From Eubacteriales bacterium (GTDB taxonomy: Bacteria > Bacillota > Clostridia > Christensenellales > Aristaeellaceae), in NCBI GenBank assembly GCA_031556065.1, contig JAVBTR010000012.1, positions 31-64,030 on the forward strand: a DNA stretch of 64,000 nt, in the 5' to 3' direction. The position numbers and the translations under genes are program-made. The notes beneath the pieces are model-generated. The model was not told the origin of the DNA. It ran no database searches and saw only the letters and a list, made by a program, of their open reading frames with translations. Below are positions 29,778 through 38,872 of the stretch, in pieces (within the stretch, counting starts at the first letter, position 1; the number at the start of each line of letters is the position of its first letter).

Positions 29778-31081
29778 TGATACCGATTTTAAAAGCAAGC
29801 GATGCAGCAAAGATTAAACAGCGGCTGTTGTCCCGCACCCAGTTAAGCGACGAGAGCATTGTAAAAGCCGTAAAAGAGATTGTGCAAAGCGTCCGGGATA
29901 GGGGCGACGAAGCCTTATTTGAATACACGAAAAAATTCGATAAAGCGGAATTAACAGGGGCCACCGTTCGAGTCACAAGGGAAGAAATAGAAGAAGCTTA
30001 CAAGGGGGCCGATGAAAAGTGGCTTGCTTCCATGGCCGAAGCGGCCAAGCGGATTACCGCCTTTCACGAAAAGCAAAAACAGAAAACCTGGATGGATTTT
30101 GAAGAGAACCTGGCCCTGGGTCAAATGGTGCGGCCCCTTGAAAAAGCGGGTGTCTATGTGCCTGGCGGCACAGCAGCCTACCCTTCCAGTGTTTTAATGA
30201 ACGTGCTGCCTGCCAAGGTGGCCGGTGTGGAAAAGATTGTTATGGTAACCCCGCCGGACAAAAACGGCAAGGTGTCTTACCCTTTAACGCTGGTGGCGGC
30301 GGATATCGCTGGGGTAGACGAAATCTACAAAATAGGCGGCGCCCAGGCTGTGGCTGCGCTGGCCTTTGGTACACACTCCATTCCCAAGGTGGATAAGATT
30401 TCAGGCCCTGGAAACATTTACGTAGCCAACGCAAAGCGGGAGGTGTTCGGCTTTGTGGGCATCGATATGGTGGCGGGCCCCAGCGAGGTGCTGGTGATTG
30501 CCGATGAAAGCGCCGATCCTGTTTATGTAGCGGCGGATTTGCTAAGCCAGGCGGAGCACGATATGTTTGCTGCGGTGGTTTTGGTAACCGATTGCGAACA
30601 GCTGGCTAAAGATGTGCAACAGGAAATTGAGATGCAAACGGCGAAATTAAGCCGTAGGGAGATCATTGAAAAATCCTTAAAAGCCTACGGTACCATCGTG
30701 TTGGTAGACGATCTGGACCAGGCGGCACAGGTTAGCAACCTGGTTGCGCCGGAGCACTTGGAATTGAGCATAAAGGAGCCCTACGCCCTTTTGGGTAAGA
30801 TCAAAAACGCCGGAGCCATCTTTATGGGCCACTATTCACCGGAGCCTTTGGGAGATTATTTTGCCGGCCCCAACCATGTGCTGCCCACTAGCGGCACAGC
30901 AAGGTTCTTTTCTCCCCTATCGGTGGATGATTTTATTAAGAAGTCTTCTTTGATCTGCTATTCAAGAGAAGCCTTGGAGCCGGTGGCTAAGGATGTTATC
31001 CGCCTAGCCAAGAATGAAGGGCTGGACGCCCACGCCAATTCGGTGGCGGTGCGATTCGGGCTCGATATCGGAGGGATATAA
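29777..31081 (+). CDS. hisD: Histidinol dehydrogenase
   Basis: The protein is HisD-like along its full length (GGAQAVAALAFGT...AGPSEVLVIAD...QAEHD). Confidence 0.95.
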   Translation: MIPILKASDAAKIKQRLLSRTQLSDESIVKAVKEIVQSVRDRGDEALFEYTKKFDKAELTGATVRVTREEIEEAYKGADEKWLASMAEAAKRITAFHEKQKQKTWMDFEENLALGQMVRPLEKAGVYVPGGTAAYPSSVLMNVLPAKVAGVEKIVMVTPPDKNGKVSYPLTLVAADIAGVDEIYKIGGAQAVAALAFGTHSIPKVDKISGPGNIYVANAKREVFGFVGIDMVAGPSEVLVIADESADPVYVAADLLSQAEHDMFAAVVLVTDCEQLAKDVQQEIEMQTAKLSRREIIEKSLKAYGTIVLVDDLDQAAQVSNLVAPEHLELSIKEPYALLGKIKNAGAIFMGHYSPEPLGDYFAGPNHVLPTSGTARFFSPLSVDDFIKKSSLICYSREALEPVAKDVIRLAKNEGLDAHANSVAVRFGLDIGGI

Positions 31082-31082
31082 G

Positions 31083-31679
31083 ATGAGGCAGGGGTCAGTA
31101 AGCCGTCAAACGCGAGAAACGAATATCAGTGTTGAAATAAATCTTGATGGCAAGGGCGAAAGCAAAATCGATACAGGCGTGGGCTTTTTCGACCATATGC
31201 TTGCCTCTTTTATGCGGTTTGGCTTTTTCGATGGGGAAATCGTCTGCAAGGGGGATACCCATATCGACGCCCATCACACAGTGGAGGATGTGGGCATTGT
31301 GCTGGGGCAAGCCTTTTTAAGAGCCCTGGGGGATAAACAGGGAATTGCTCGTTTGGCAAGCGCTTACGTGCCCATGGATGAAGCATTGGCCTTTTGCGCG
31401 GTGGATATTTCGGGCCGGGTGCATCTGCATTTGGAGGCCAGCTTCCACGCACCCATGTGCGGCCAGATGGATACCCAGCTTTGCCGGGAGTTTATGCGTG
31501 CTTTTTCGCAGCAGGCGGGGCTGACACTGCATATTTCGGTGCCCTATGGAGACAATGACCACCATATCATGGAAGCCATTTTCAAGGCTCTTGGCAAGGC
31601 TCTGGGGGATGCTGTAAGGCTGGACTCCCGTGTGGTGGGGGTTCATTCCACTAAGGGTGTGTTGGAGGGGAGGCAATGA
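31083..31679 (+). CDS. hisB: Imidazoleglycerol-phosphate dehydratase
   Basis: RQTRETNISVEINLDG...DAHHTVEDVGI...NDHHIMEAIFKA. Confidence 0.92.
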   Translation: MRQGSVSRQTRETNISVEINLDGKGESKIDTGVGFFDHMLASFMRFGFFDGEIVCKGDTHIDAHHTVEDVGIVLGQAFLRALGDKQGIARLASAYVPMDEALAFCAVDISGRVHLHLEASFHAPMCGQMDTQLCREFMRAFSQQAGLTLHISVPYGDNDHHIMEAIFKALGKALGDAVRLDSRVVGVHSTKGVLEGRQ

Positions 31680-32389
31680 TCGTTTTTCCAGCCATTGATG
31701 TGATGGATAAGCGGGCCGTGCGCCTTGAAAAGGGCCTGCGAGACAAGGTGACCGATTACGGCAGCCCCGAGGGATTGGCAAAAGGGTTTTCAAACGATGG
31801 TGCACAATGGCTCCATATGGTGGATTTGTCCGCTGCCTTTGATGGGGCAAGCCCTAATGGGGAAGTGATACAAAGGGCTGTGAATGCCTTTGGAGGCAAG
31901 GTACAGCTGGGAGGCGGCATCCGCACCCTTGATGATGTGGTTACGCGGATTGAAACCTATGGTGTCAGCCGGGTGATCATTGGTACCGCGGCAGTGGAAA
32001 AGCCGGAGCTGGTAAAGGAAGCCTGTAAGCGCTATCCGGGGATGGTTGCCTGTGGCATCGACGCAAAAAACGGTATCGCTGCTCTTCGGGGTTGGGTGAA
32101 GAAAAGCGGCATTACGGCAGTAGAGCTAGGCCTTCGCATGAGGGATTCCGGTGTGGATACGGTGATTTATACCGATATCGACAAGGATGGCATGATGCAG
32201 GGGCCGAACCTGGAACAGACCAGAGAAATGATCGAGAAAACGGGGCTGAACATTATTGGTTCCGGAGGAGTGAACAGCCTTGAAAGCTTGAAGGCTTTGA
32301 AAGAAATTGGCTGCTATGGAGCGATCACAGGGAAGGCTTTGTATGCCAATGCTTTTACTTTGAAAGACGCGCTAAAGGAGGTTTTTTAA
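31676..32389 (+). CDS. hisA: ProFAR isomerase
   Basis: MIVFPAIDVMDKRAVRL...TDIDKDGMMQGPN...GKALY. Confidence 0.9.
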   Translation: MIVFPAIDVMDKRAVRLEKGLRDKVTDYGSPEGLAKGFSNDGAQWLHMVDLSAAFDGASPNGEVIQRAVNAFGGKVQLGGGIRTLDDVVTRIETYGVSRVIIGTAAVEKPELVKEACKRYPGMVACGIDAKNGIAALRGWVKKSGITAVELGLRMRDSGVDTVIYTDIDKDGMMQGPNLEQTREMIEKTGLNIIGSGGVNSLESLKALKEIGCYGAITGKALYANAFTLKDALKEVF

Positions 32390-33013
32390 ATGGATTTGAG
32401 CATGATTAAGTTTGACGTAAATGGCTTGGTGCCTGCTATCGCCCAGGATGTGAACACCGGGGCAGTGCTGATGCTGGCTTATATGAACGAGGAATCGTTA
32501 AGGATCACCATGGAAACGGGGTTTGCCACGTATTTCAGCCGTTCCCGCCAGAGTCTTTGGAAAAAGGGCGAAACCTCGGGTAATTTTCAAAGGATTCGTT
32601 CCATACAATACGACTGCGATGGGGATACCCTTCTTATGATGGTGGAACAGCGGGGCTCTGCCTGCCATACGGGCGAATATACCTGCTTTAACAACGCACT
32701 TATTTCCCTGGTGGAGGAATCCAACCGACAGCCCAGCGCCAGGGTCTTGCAGGAAGTATATAACGTGATTATCGATAGGGACCGTAATCCCAAGGAAGGC
32801 AGCTATACCAATTATTTGCTGACCAAGGGCGTAGAGAAGATTTGCAAGAAGGTGGGGGAAGAGGCCAGCGAATCGATTATCGCGGCAGTAAAGGGCAGCA
32901 AGGATGAACTGCGCTATGAGGTGGCGGATTTGTTCTACCATGTGCTGGTGCTTTTGTACAACCAAGGGCTGACACCAACGGAAATCTTTGCGGAATTGGA
33001 AAAGCGCCGCTGA
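32390..33013 (+). CDS. hisI: Bifunctional phosphoribosyl-AMP cyclohydrolase / phosphoribosyl-ATP pyrophosphatase
   Basis: The HisI part is GLVPAIAQD...DCDGDTLL...ACHTG. The HisE C-terminus is EEASE..IA......[17 protein letters not shown]. Confidence 0.9.
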   Translation: MDLSMIKFDVNGLVPAIAQDVNTGAVLMLAYMNEESLRITMETGFATYFSRSRQSLWKKGETSGNFQRIRSIQYDCDGDTLLMMVEQRGSACHTGEYTCFNNALISLVEESNRQPSARVLQEVYNVIIDRDRNPKEGSYTNYLLTKGVEKICKKVGEEASESIIAAVKGSKDELRYEVADLFYHVLVLLYNQGLTPTEIFAELEKRR

Positions 33014-33182
33014 AGGCACCGCTGAAAAGGGCGCATCTGAAGGTGCAGCGTTCGCAGCCCTTCGGCGACGTACGCATCTGTACGCCTTTCTCAGGGCTGC
33101 TCCGTTGTACCTCCATCTGCAACCCTTTTGAGCGGTGCTAGAGACGCTGCATTAAGCTATTTGTTTTTTTCAATATTTTGTA

Positions 33183-33211
33183 TTGACAAAGCGGGTTGTT
33201 CATTGTATTAT
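33183..33211 (+). promoter_or_regulatory. Sigma-70 promoter of the tRNA cluster
   Basis: TTGACA (33183-33188), a 17-nt spacer, then TATTAT (33206-33211). Confidence 0.5.
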
Positions 33212-33255
33212 ATAACACGTCGCCGCGTTAAACCCTGCTTGTCGGTGGCGCTAAT

Positions 33256-33331
33256 GGGAGCATAGCTCAGCTGGGAGAGCATCTGCCTTACAAGCAGAGG
33301 GTCACAGGTTCGAGCCCTGTTGTTCCCACCA
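33256..33331 (+). tRNA. tRNA-Val(TAC)
   Basis: It folds as a cloverleaf by hand. The acceptor is GGGAGCA/TGTTCCC, the anticodon loop is CTTACAA, the T-arm is GGTTCGAGCC, and CCA is encoded. Confidence 0.9.
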
Positions 33332-33335
33332 TTAT

Positions 33336-33412
33336 GGCCCGGTAGTTCAGTTGGTTAGAATGCCAGCCTGTCACGCTGGAGGTCGAGGGTTCGAGCCCCT
33401 TCCGGGTCGCCA
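33336..33412 (+). tRNA. tRNA-Asp(GTC)
   Basis: The acceptor is GGCCCGG/CCGGGTC, the anticodon loop is CTGTCAC, and CCA is encoded. Confidence 0.9.
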
Positions 33413-33418
33413 ATATTT

Positions 33419-33494
33419 GCCTCGGTAGCTCAGATGGTAGAGCAGTAGACTGAAAATCTACGTGTCGGTGGTTCGATTCCGCCCCGAGGCACCA
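33419..33494 (+). tRNA. tRNA-Phe(GAA)
   Basis: The acceptor is GCCTCGG/CCGAGGC, the anticodon loop is CTGAAAA, and CCA is encoded. Confidence 0.9.
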
Positions 33495-33499
33495 TGTGT

Positions 33500-33574
33500 G
33501 CGGTAGTAGCTCAGTGGTAGAGTGCCACCTTGCCAAGGTGGATGTCGCGAGTTCGAATCTCGTCTACCGCTCCA
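33500..33574 (+). tRNA. tRNA-Gly(GCC)
   Basis: The acceptor is GCGGTAG/CTACCGC, the anticodon loop is TTGCCAA, and CCA is encoded. Confidence 0.9.
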
Positions 33575-33579
33575 CACAC

Positions 33580-33654
33580 GGTGCCATAGCCAAGCGGTAA
33601 GGCGAAGGTCTGCAAAACCTTTATTCTCCAGTTCAAATCTGGATGGCACCTCCA
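33580..33654 (+). tRNA. tRNA-Cys(GCA)
   Basis: The acceptor is GGTGCCA/TGGCACC, the anticodon loop is CTGCAAA, and CCA is encoded. Confidence 0.9.
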
Positions 33655-33662
33655 GAAAGAAT

Positions 33663-33688
33663 AAACCCGCTTGGTGCGGGTTTTTCTT
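33663..33688 (+). terminator. Rho-independent terminator after the five-tRNA cluster
   Basis: AAACCCGC-ttggt-GCGGGTTT followed by a T run. Confidence 0.7.
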
Positions 33689-33702
33689 TTCCTTTTTCTC
33701 TC

Positions 33703-33789
33703 GCTGCTGTGATGGAATAGGCAGACATAACAGACTTAAAATCTGTCGGTGGAAACACCGTGCCGGTTCGACCCCGGCCAGCAGCACCA
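33703..33789 (+). tRNA. tRNA-Leu(TAA), long variable arm
   Basis: The acceptor is GCTGCTG/CAGCAGC, the anticodon loop is CTTAAAA, and the variable arm is CGGTGGAAACACCG. CCA is encoded. A compound hairpin follows at 33798-33849. Confidence 0.85.
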
Positions 33790-33992
33790 AACCAATATAA
33801 TCCGAACCAATCCCGACAGATAATACCTGTTGGCGAAGGGTTCGGATTATTAGTTTATTTCGAGTATGGTTTCTTCCCTAATGGGGTAAAGCAAAGGGCG
33901 GAGTCAAAACCCAGAGGGCCGAGAAAAAAGAAAAGAACTGAATAGACAGAAAAAAGGGGCACTGGCATCATTGCGATACCAGTGCCCTGCTG

Positions 33993-34181
33993 TCAATTAT
34001 TCTTTTTCTTCTCTTTTCTAACCGTATCCATTTCTTGCTGCTGCTTCCACTCGGCAAATTCTTTTTGCCCTTCCTCGCTCTCGAAAAGAGCAAGAACATC
34101 GGGCATAATACAACGAGCGATGGCTTCAATTTTGTATTGTGGAATGTTGGTGTTGTTAATAATCTTCTTGCGCCGTCCCAT
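33993..34181 (-). CDS. Small island-backbone protein (62 aa), unknown function
   Basis: The start MGRRKKIINNTNIPQYKIEAIARCI follows GGAGG at 6 nt. A hairpin GGGCACTGG/CCAGTGCCC lies downstream of the stop. Confidence 0.5.
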   Translation of the reverse strand: MGRRKKIINNTNIPQYKIEAIARCIMPDVLALFESEEGQKEFAEWKQQQEMDTVRKEKKKNN

Positions 34182-34284
34182 GATTTTCCTCCGTATGTAG
34201 TTTTCAAGGTACAAAGTCTTGAAATCTCACTTTCATAAATATTGGGGTAATAAAAAACCACGCCTCATTTCTGATAGCGTGGAG

Positions 34285-35124
34285 CTAATGTTGCTCATAT
34301 TCGATAAACGCTTTCTTGATTGCGCTCATCCGTTTTAGTACACCGCTGTGATTCTTGTATCCCATCACGTTGGCGATTTGCTCATAGGTGAATCCTTGTA
34401 TTCGATAATCTAGTATCTCCATATCCCGTGGCAAGAGCTGCAATCTGAAGCGTCGATAGAAGTCATCGGCTACAACCTGTTCAACGAAGTGCGATGAAGG
34501 ATCAGCCAATGCATGGATTCCATTCCCGACATCTTCGATGCTGCCTTCCAATGATACCATCTGCACTTTTTTAGATCGGGTGTGATACCACTTGCGAAGG
34601 AAATCTTTGCGAACGTTGGTGTTCCAGTTTTCAAAATCTTCATCGCAAGGCATTTCCCGCACAACATCAAGCGTGGGTTGCCAGCCTTCTTCTTGAATGG
34701 CACGTTTTACGATTCGTCCCATTACTTCTTCAATGTAATCAGACGTGAAGAACGGAATGGTTTCAACGCTTGGAATATAGAAAAGCCGTTGCAAACCCCA
34801 CCCGGTTTCTGCCTCCAACAATCTTGCCCAAATAGGTAACATATAGCACAGCTTCCATACCGGGCAATAGCCTGTGTAATGTTCTTTCCAACCACTAAAG
34901 CCGAAGTGCGGAAAAACCATTGCCGCACTTGCATCGGTAATCTCGCTAAAGAAGGCATCGCTGTTCACGACTGCCATCATTTCTTCGGAGTACACTACTT
35001 CTCTCACTTTTCGTGGTAAAGAATAAAGCGTTGGGCACTTTTTAATTAAATCTTGCGGCAGGAAATATACTAATGGTAAATAAAGCAGATTGCTGTCTGC
35101 GGATATTTGCAATAAGCTCATCAT
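34285..35124 (-). CDS. Protein with a C-terminal sigma-70 region 4 / LuxR-like HTH
   Basis: The C-terminus is LLPRDMEILDYRIQGFTYEQIANVMGYKNHSGVLKRMSAIKKAF. AAGGAGG precedes the start. Confidence 0.6.
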   Translation of the reverse strand: MMSLLQISADSNLLYLPLVYFLPQDLIKKCPTLYSLPRKVREVVYSEEMMAVVNSDAFFSEITDASAAMVFPHFGFSGWKEHYTGYCPVWKLCYMLPIWARLLEAETGWGLQRLFYIPSVETIPFFTSDYIEEVMGRIVKRAIQEEGWQPTLDVVREMPCDEDFENWNTNVRKDFLRKWYHTRSKKVQMVSLEGSIEDVGNGIHALADPSSHFVEQVVADDFYRRFRLQLLPRDMEILDYRIQGFTYEQIANVMGYKNHSGVLKRMSAIKKAFIEYEQH

Positions 35125-35322
35125 TTCACCTCCTTAATTTTGAACTATACTTATATACGGCATAAATGCAAAGCAATTGTTCCAGATAGGCTGATTATAA
35201 CAAAATAAGCAATCAGAAACAAGCTGCTTTAATAGCACCCTTTGCATATTGTGCGAGTTGGAGAGTATTTGCAAGACACCTTCCAAGCATTTTCCTACAT
35301 GACACCTCGTGTATATTTTCTT

Positions 35323-35357
35323 TATTCGGTGCGAATTATGTAAAATTATGCTATAAT
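35323..35357 (+). promoter_or_regulatory. Candidate extended -10 promoter of the cargo operon
   Basis: TGcTATAAT, with the -10 at 35352-35357. The -35 is weak (TGCGAA). Confidence 0.35.
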
Positions 35358-35492
35358 GGCAAAGATAATAATTTGGCAGTCAGCAATTAATATAAGCTAT
35401 GCTGCTCGCAAGTTAATTGGAGAAACATTTCACACAACTACAGAGTGGTTATCAGCCAGAACATGCTTTGTTTCGAAAGGAGCCGAGACCAA

Positions 35493-36917
35493 ATGCGCAA
35501 GGCATATGATACGATTTTACGATCCGAAGTGTCTGCTGAGTTGGTTGCAGAAGGCGGCGTATTTGATGAACCTTATCGTTTTGAGTGTGCTTGTTGCGGC
35601 GAAGAAGTTCGAATTGCCGCTGCTGAAAGTACTAAACAGACGGTTCACTTCAGACATCGTAGTGGCAATAATGATACTGAATGCGAAAACTATTTGGGGA
35701 AAAATATGCAAATAAGTATTGATTCCGCATCAAAGAAAAGCAATCGTGAAAGATTGGAATTTTACTTTGTTTACAGCAACAAGAATTTTTGCATGGGATT
35801 AAAGTTTACTGAGCAGGAACTTATGAATTATGAACAATGCTCAGCTTTATTTACATTGAGTGTAAGCGAGACGCAAGAGGCTTTTCGCACTTTGGAAATA
35901 AACCGCACTAATTTTTTTCCGGACGCTATGGAGTTAATTCCGTTGGGAACGTTTTCACACAGTTACTATTTAACTAATACATATGATAAAACTTGGCGAA
36001 AATACGATTTTATTAACATAGAGAATACCCCTGCATTTTTTAAAGTTTTAGGTGATGTTGCCAATTTCAAGGCACGCCTTGTGCAGGGTGATGTTATATA
36101 TACAAACACAAAGTACTTTGTTACTTTTCAAAATCAATATTACGAAAATCATTTCAGGTCTTTTTCAGTTGAAGATAAGTTCACGTTTGAGACTATGGGA
36201 AAGCAATTTACAGGTATCATTATAAGTTTTCCCCAAAAAAGTGAACGAATTGATGCCTTGATTGCTCCATGGGGATATAGACTCGAAAGTTCTGATACTT
36301 TAACATTATTGTGGCCTCCGGCGTCATCCGATGGTGATACCTCTTATATTTCTGGAGACAACGCCTTTATATACTCCACGTTTCGATTGCAAGCTCATGG
36401 AAACATCAATGTTAATCCAAGTGATGTTGTCAATATTACCGCTAATCTGTCAAAAGTGCTAATTCGCTCTACGACAAAGGTTTTCAGGAGAAACGCAGAA
36501 CTTACAATAAGTAATTGTGCATTGCCACTGTGCGCATTGGATAAGTTGGATGTATCAGAGGACTTGGCTGATTGTTTTGTTGCAAATGCTGAAAGCACTT
36601 GCTTTAGCTTTACTTCAGCAGGGGTATTGCCGCTAGATGCGGCAGCTTGGTTTTATCTTACACCAGAAGACGTGGTGCGAAAATACCAACATGGCTATTT
36701 GATTGGAGAGGTAAAATACCCTCCACAATCTGCGCCGAAGAAAAAAGAGTTGCTAAACGATTTGCTAAAGCATTATAAGCTGAATGAGCCATTTGTCAAA
36801 ACGCGATTGAATATGATTTCAATTAGCGAAACAGTGTCAGAATATCTCCTTTCTTGCGAAGAATCAGCGCAAATCAACTCTGCTGCAAAACGCTTTATTG
36901 AGGAGGGACGTCTGTGA
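35493..36917 (+). CDS. Cargo gene 1: unknown protein with a CoiA-like Cys/His N-terminal motif
   Basis: A 474-aa protein with AAAGGAG 10 nt before the ATG. The N-terminus is FECACCGEEVRIAAAESTKQTVHFRHRSGNNDTECENY (C-x2-C ... HFxH ... C). I recognise no domain in the rest. Confidence 0.75.
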   Translation: MRKAYDTILRSEVSAELVAEGGVFDEPYRFECACCGEEVRIAAAESTKQTVHFRHRSGNNDTECENYLGKNMQISIDSASKKSNRERLEFYFVYSNKNFCMGLKFTEQELMNYEQCSALFTLSVSETQEAFRTLEINRTNFFPDAMELIPLGTFSHSYYLTNTYDKTWRKYDFINIENTPAFFKVLGDVANFKARLVQGDVIYTNTKYFVTFQNQYYENHFRSFSVEDKFTFETMGKQFTGIIISFPQKSERIDALIAPWGYRLESSDTLTLLWPPASSDGDTSYISGDNAFIYSTFRLQAHGNINVNPSDVVNITANLSKVLIRSTTKVFRRNAELTISNCALPLCALDKLDVSEDLADCFVANAESTCFSFTSAGVLPLDAAAWFYLTPEDVVRKYQHGYLIGEVKYPPQSAPKKKELLNDLLKHYKLNEPFVKTRLNMISISETVSEYLLSCEESAQINSAAKRFIEEGRL

Positions 36918-38872
36918 GCTATTTGCCTCTCTTGTCGGATGACGACATCCGTTTTGTTTGCTCAATAATTCCACATGAGGAAGTTATTCGCTATTTTTCA
37001 CGACATCCTAAAGACCTTGCTCAGATAAGGCCTGGCTTTCGGGCAAAGACGTTTAGCAAAAGTGATGTTAGCAAACTACTATTCAATTTCCAATCAAAAA
37101 ACTTTATACAGAACATTATCGAAAATTGGCTTGACTTTTGTCTGCGGGAAATAGAGAAATATTATAACAACTGCATAGCAGATGGTGATGACAAAGACGT
37201 GGCTCAATTAAAGACGCTATCCGGGTCTTTTTTCGCACCCAACATAGCTGTTTACTTTAAGCTTGTTGGAGAAGAACGTTCACAAAGGGAAATGGAGCTG
37301 CTTAGTGCATCTATTACGGCGATTCGAGAAAATAGCGAAAGCAACATAGTACAAAATCGAGAGCTAAAGTCAAAAGAAAAAGAGCTGCAACAAGAAAAGG
37401 ACAAGGCTGATGCACTTCATGAAAAATTGGAGAAGGCTACTGCAAGTCAACAAAGGAGAATTGCTGAAATTGTAGATCTCAAGCGTGAGTTAGCTGAACT
37501 TCATGATCTGAGGGGTAAAGTAGATAAGCAAAACAAAGATATCAGTTCGGCTAAAATGCTCGTAGAAGAAAAAGAAGCATGCATAGTCAAAATGAAACAA
37601 GAATTGAGTATATCTGCAAGTGAAATTGCAAATCTCAAAAGTGAACTCGGCAAAAATGCGATATTGCAGGCTGAAGTAATCGCCCTACGAAAAAAAGAGA
37701 GCTATATTACTCAACTTGAAGCGGATGTTATATTTTATCAAAATCAGAGTATGGATTGCGAAAAGCAACTTGAAAGGCTTTCGGACGATTTGGTTGAGTC
37801 ATCCAGTAAAATAACAAATCTCGAAGAAAAAGTTGCTGCAAACGCACAGCTTCAGGCTGAGATTTCTGAGCTGAGAAAATCTAAAGAGGGCATAACCGCC
37901 TTAAAAAGTGAACTGGAAAATTTAATTGAACGCAACAGAGTTTGCGAAGAACATGTGGAAAGACTAAAGATCGAGCTAGCGACTGCAATTTACAATGACG
38001 AGCAACGGCAAGAACAAGAAAAATCGTCTCGTGTCTTATCAAATGTAACATCCAGTGGAGCAATACATGTAGCACACAAACCACTAAAGCCGATCGAAAT
38101 GGCGCTCTTTACTGAGTATATTGGCTATAATCTTGAAAGCATAGGCATTCCAAGTGATGCAGAGGTGTTTAATTTGCTGATTAATCATTTGAGCAGAATT
38201 TGCTTTGGAGGAGTGCCGATTATCGCCAATCGCCTTACAGGTGCTGCTATCGCGAAATGTATTGCTAATGTGATTACAGGTGCGCCCGAAGTGAAAACAC
38301 TTCGGTATAAAAAAGAAATTTCCATTGAAGAAATCAGCGCTTTTTTTGAATCAAAAGAGCGGGTTGTTTGCCTTGACAATTTTGTTGGAAACTACAACGA
38401 AACAGAACTGCTACCCTTGTTTGAAGAGAATCGAAATAAAATTATTTTCCTGTTAACGGCTTATGATCGAACAGTAAATTATATATCAGAAGAATTTTTG
38501 CGTTACTGTCACTATTTAAACTTAAATCAACTCATTGCACGAATCCCTACGTTGGAGCTTTCTGAGGATTCCTCCACATTGGACGAGGGAGAATACTCTC
38601 CCGAAAGAACAGATGCAAACAATCGTTATGCAGACATAATGCGCAAAATTCTAAATGAAATCAATTACTGCAAAAGCATTATCGAAGAAAAATGCGCCGA
38701 GATTTCGAGTGAGCAAGAGTTGTGCGGATCATTAGCCTTTGATGTTTTACCATACTGTGTTGACGTGCTTCACATATCCCCATATAACAGTTCTGCACAC
38801 CTTGGCAGATATGCAGGAGTTGCGGGTAGATGTCCGCATCGCAAGTTGCTTAAGGAGTGGTTTGCGCTATGA
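36914..38872 (+). CDS. Cargo gene 2: long coiled-coil protein with a degenerate P-loop-like C-terminal domain
   Basis: The GTG start overlaps the upstream stop (GTGA). Residues about 135-370 are heptad-rich and E/K/L/Q-rich, with a duplicated unit of about 62 aa. The C-terminus carries VPIIANRLTGAAIAKC ... VVCLDNF ... IIFLLTAYD. Confidence 0.75.
   Translation: MSYLPLLSDDDIRFVCSIIPHEEVIRYFSRHPKDLAQIRPGFRAKTFSKSDVSKLLFNFQSKNFIQNIIENWLDFCLREIEKYYNNCIADGDDKDVAQLKTLSGSFFAPNIAVYFKLVGEERSQREMELLSASITAIRENSESNIVQNRELKSKEKELQQEKDKADALHEKLEKATASQQRRIAEIVDLKRELAELHDLRGKVDKQNKDISSAKMLVEEKEACIVKMKQELSISASEIANLKSELGKNAILQAEVIALRKKESYITQLEADVIFYQNQSMDCEKQLERLSDDLVESSSKITNLEEKVAANAQLQAEISELRKSKEGITALKSELENLIERNRVCEEHVERLKIELATAIYNDEQRQEQEKSSRVLSNVTSSGAIHVAHKPLKPIEMALFTEYIGYNLESIGIPSDAEVFNLLINHLSRICFGGVPIIANRLTGAAIAKCIANVITGAPEVKTLRYKKEISIEEISAFFESKERVVCLDNFVGNYNETELLPLFEENRNKIIFLLTAYDRTVNYISEEFLRYCHYLNLNQLIARIPTLELSEDSSTLDEGEYSPERTDANNRYADIMRKILNEINYCKSIIEEKCAEISSEQELCGSLAFDVLPYCVDVLHISPYNSSAHLGRYAGVAGRCPHRKLLKEWFAL

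Noticed and set aside
33288-33800. ORFs of 82-110 aa overlapping the tRNA cluster.
   Set aside because: The sequence is fully explained by six cloverleaf tRNAs, so these ORFs are spurious.
35356-35715. A 119-aa plus-strand ORF at the head of the cargo operon.
   Set aside because: It starts inside the predicted -10 region and overlaps gene 1 in another frame. Gene 1 has the RBS and the conserved-looking Cys/His motif.
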